A DNA stretch of 57,935 nucleotides from a virus (taxonomy: Duplodnaviria > Caudoviricetes): the IMG/VR virus record IMGVR_UViG_3300025575_000016, positions 1-57,935 of that record; one strand, given 5' to 3'. The position numbers and the translations under genes are program-made. Position 1 is the first letter of the stretch, and every line of letters begins with the position of its first letter. The notes below the pieces were generated by a model, which searched no databases, had not been told where the DNA came from, and saw nothing but the letters and a program-made list of their open reading frames with translations. Below are positions 55,886 to 57,935 of this stretch, in pieces.

Positions 55886-56296
55886 TTACACCTGCTGCTT
55901 ATGTGTAAATTTAAACGCTAATATTGCAAGTCTATTTTCTAATAATAGAATAGTAGCTTCTGCATTTTTGTATGGAGAATTAGCACCAGTAATACTTATA
56001 GCATTGGTAGAATATCCCACAATTGCGTTAATGTCATCTTTAATCTGATTTCTAAATGCAATTTCAGAAGAAATACGAGCATATTCAATTTCAGTTAAAT
56101 TTAAAGTTCTAGCAATTGTGTTTGCTATTTTGTCATAATCTAATATAAAATTATCTTCTATTCCTTCATCTATATATAGACGTTTAACTCCTTGTATAGT
56201 AAATATTTGGTAGTCATCATCAGTCATTACAATTGGAGTAGCTTGAAATTTTACGTTAGATATTAATTCTGTTTTGATATCTGTTAAGGAGGTCAT
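55886..56296 (-). CDS. Head-tail adaptor-like protein
   Basis: Position. Confidence 0.55.
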   Translation of the reverse strand: MTSLTDIKTELISNVKFQATPIVMTDDDYQIFTIQGVKRLYIDEGIEDNFILDYDKIANTIARTLNLTEIEYARISSEIAFRNQIKDDINAIVGYSTNAISITGANSPYKNAEATILLLENRLAILAFKFTHKQQV

Positions 56297-56310
56297 AATA
56301 TATCACTCTC

Positions 56311-56781
56311 CTACTTACCTAATTTTGGTTTAATAATTTCTTCTTCAATTTTTACAGGTTTCATATCTTCTGAGTCTCTTCCACAAAATTCACAAATGTA
56401 ATCTATTTTTCCTCCGCTTAATTCATCGTACATCTTCTTAGCAGTTTCAAATATTAGATATTTAAAATTGGGTTCAACTATTGCCTCAAAGTCTTTTTTT
56501 ATTTTTACCAAAGTACCCTTTAGCATTATTGTAATATCTGCTTCGGTTATAGACATTTTTTCTCCTGGAGTAAATCCCAATATATCTGATTTAATTTCCT
56601 CATCATCTACACATAACGATTTTCCAGAAAAAGCAGTTGAAGTGGAATGAAGATATGCGATATCGTCTGATGATAAAGAAGCGAATGATCCGGCTCTTAC
56701 ATTTTGTTGTTTAAAATTATCCATTAGCATAATACCAACATCATATTTATTCCTATTAAAAACTTTATATTTTTTATCCAT
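56311..56781 (-). CDS. Hypothetical head-module protein
   Basis: Follows the capsid gene. Confidence 0.6.
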   Translation of the reverse strand: MDKKYKVFNRNKYDVGIMLMDNFKQQNVRAGSFASLSSDDIAYLHSTSTAFSGKSLCVDDEEIKSDILGFTPGEKMSITEADITIMLKGTLVKIKKDFEAIVEPNFKYLIFETAKKMYDELSGGKIDYICEFCGRDSEDMKPVKIEEEIIKPKLGK

Positions 56782-56843
56782 ATGTCCTTGTCTCCTTTAT
56801 TGTAAATAGGAGAGAGATTATCCCTCCTATTATGATTTGTGAA

Positions 56844-57842
56844 TTAAGTTAAGCTTAAATCTTTATACATTCCTGTGTATGCTCTATCTCCGAATACTAA
56901 CGCAGCTCCTACGTGCTTATCTAGTCTCATTTCATAAGATCTATCATCAATATTTGTAGCATCCATTGGAGGAATATCTGTTTCTATTGCAACTTTTAAC
57001 GGTCTCATTCTAGAATTACCTGATGGTATAATATGAAGAATATTTACAGGTAATATTGTGCTAGTGAAAGATCCATTAACAAAAGGATTAACAAGTTGTA
57101 CTACTTTGCATCCATTATAAGTACCTATAAATCCGTTCATGTTTTGTTCATCAACTAAAGATTGTGAAAATGCTAAAGTACCAGTAGCTGGAACATAACC
57201 AGTTAAAGTTATGAGTTTTGAAATTACAGCATAGTCACCTACGAGAGTAACTGGAACTCCTAGTCTCTTGAATGATGTTATTTGAGCATCTAAAGTAGCT
57301 TTTACAATACCAGTTCCTTCTCCGTAGTTTGGAGATGCCATAGCGGATATTCCAGTAGTAAGAACTGTTTGTATTTTACCTACTGTTTTATTAGTCATTT
57401 CATAAGAAGCGTCTGCAATTATTTCATCAAATGAAACTTTATTTTGGGCGAGGTCGAGGAAGGAAACCGATGGCCTAGATCCTATTGCATCTGTTTCTAT
57501 AGTCATAGATTTCTTATAAATTCTACTTCTTTCTACGGTTGATCCTTTGGCACACCAGAATGCTTGAATACCTTTTAATTTAACGTCAAACTTAGCCTTT
57601 TCGTTTGGTGTAATTCTTTTTACATCAGCAAATAAATCAATAAATTGAGTTTGTTGATTTACAATATCCTCTACAGTAAAAGCAACGATTGAAGCAATTT
57701 CATATCTATTTCCTGGTGTTGGGTTTGAAGCTAAAAGCTGTATAACCTGTCTAGCTTCTGCGATTTCTATATCTTTGTCCTCTAATTTATTCATTATAGC
57801 AGCAGAAAATACTTGTACTGCTTTATCTGTTTTCATAGCCAT
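56844..57842 (-). CDS. Major capsid protein
   Basis: 332 aa at the head of the morphogenesis operon, strong RBS, followed by a terminator hairpin; HK97-like G.IG.YNG..V..L.N motif. Confidence 0.75.
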   Translation of the reverse strand: MAMKTDKAVQVFSAAIMNKLEDKDIEIAEARQVIQLLASNPTPGNRYEIASIVAFTVEDIVNQQTQFIDLFADVKRITPNEKAKFDVKLKGIQAFWCAKGSTVERSRIYKKSMTIETDAIGSRPSVSFLDLAQNKVSFDEIIADASYEMTNKTVGKIQTVLTTGISAMASPNYGEGTGIVKATLDAQITSFKRLGVPVTLVGDYAVISKLITLTGYVPATGTLAFSQSLVDEQNMNGFIGTYNGCKVVQLVNPFVNGSFTSTILPVNILHIIPSGNSRMRPLKVAIETDIPPMDATNIDDRSYEMRLDKHVGAALVFGDRAYTGMYKDLSLT

Positions 57843-57935
57843 TTTAATATCCTCCTAAATTTTTAATATTATTATTTAATTGTTAATAATGTTTTTTACG
57901 TTAGTTATTAGCGATGCAAGTATAAGCAGTTTTAC

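Larger units (their letters stand above)
3169..57881. repeat. Dispersed 18-bp motif AATT(A/C)AATAATAATATTA, about 30 copies, oriented with transcription
   Basis: + strand starts at 3169, 4005, 4040, 4365, 5646, 7121, 7311, 9711, 9743, 10077, 14185, 15547, 16865, 16897, 17292, 18758, 18800, 18837, 20858, 21426; - strand copies near 31070, 31940, 32865, 37574, 38865, 49770, 49809, 53036, 53908, 57864. Confidence 0.85.

Noticed and set aside
1-57935. tRNA or rRNA genes
   Set aside because: No cloverleaf or T-loop signatures recognised in the intergenic regions by eye; tRNAscan would be needed to exclude them fully.

Overview
A 58-kb, very AT-rich segment of a large temperate Firmicutes siphophage, probably clostridial, with an SPbeta/c-st-like layout. 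The left arm (+ strand, 1-24.8 kb) carries replication and nucleotide-metabolism genes: DnaE-type polymerase, RecJ-like nuclease, intein-containing class II RNR, dUTPase, Gam-like, Tad2-like, guanylate kinase, ThyX-like, RusA-like and a large serine recombinase with a candidate attP. The right arm (- strand, 24.9-57.9 kb) carries capsid, head-tail, tail, tape measure, fibre, tyrosine recombinase and lysis genes. The main find is a compact phage-encoded type V-F CRISPR cassette at 18.75-20.86 kb. An intact AsCas12f1-like nuclease is preceded by two tandem modules, each a tracrRNA-like scaffold followed by a mini-array. The two arrays use different 30-bp repeats, and each scaffold carries anti-repeat and pseudoknot segments that match its own repeat. 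No cas1/2/4 is present. Also seen: about 30 copies of an 18-bp transcription-oriented intergenic motif, about 10 copies of a second palindromic gene-boundary motif, a likely -1 frameshift in the tail chaperone, and a perfect 26-bp palindrome. All homology calls come from recognising sequence by eye; no database searches were run.
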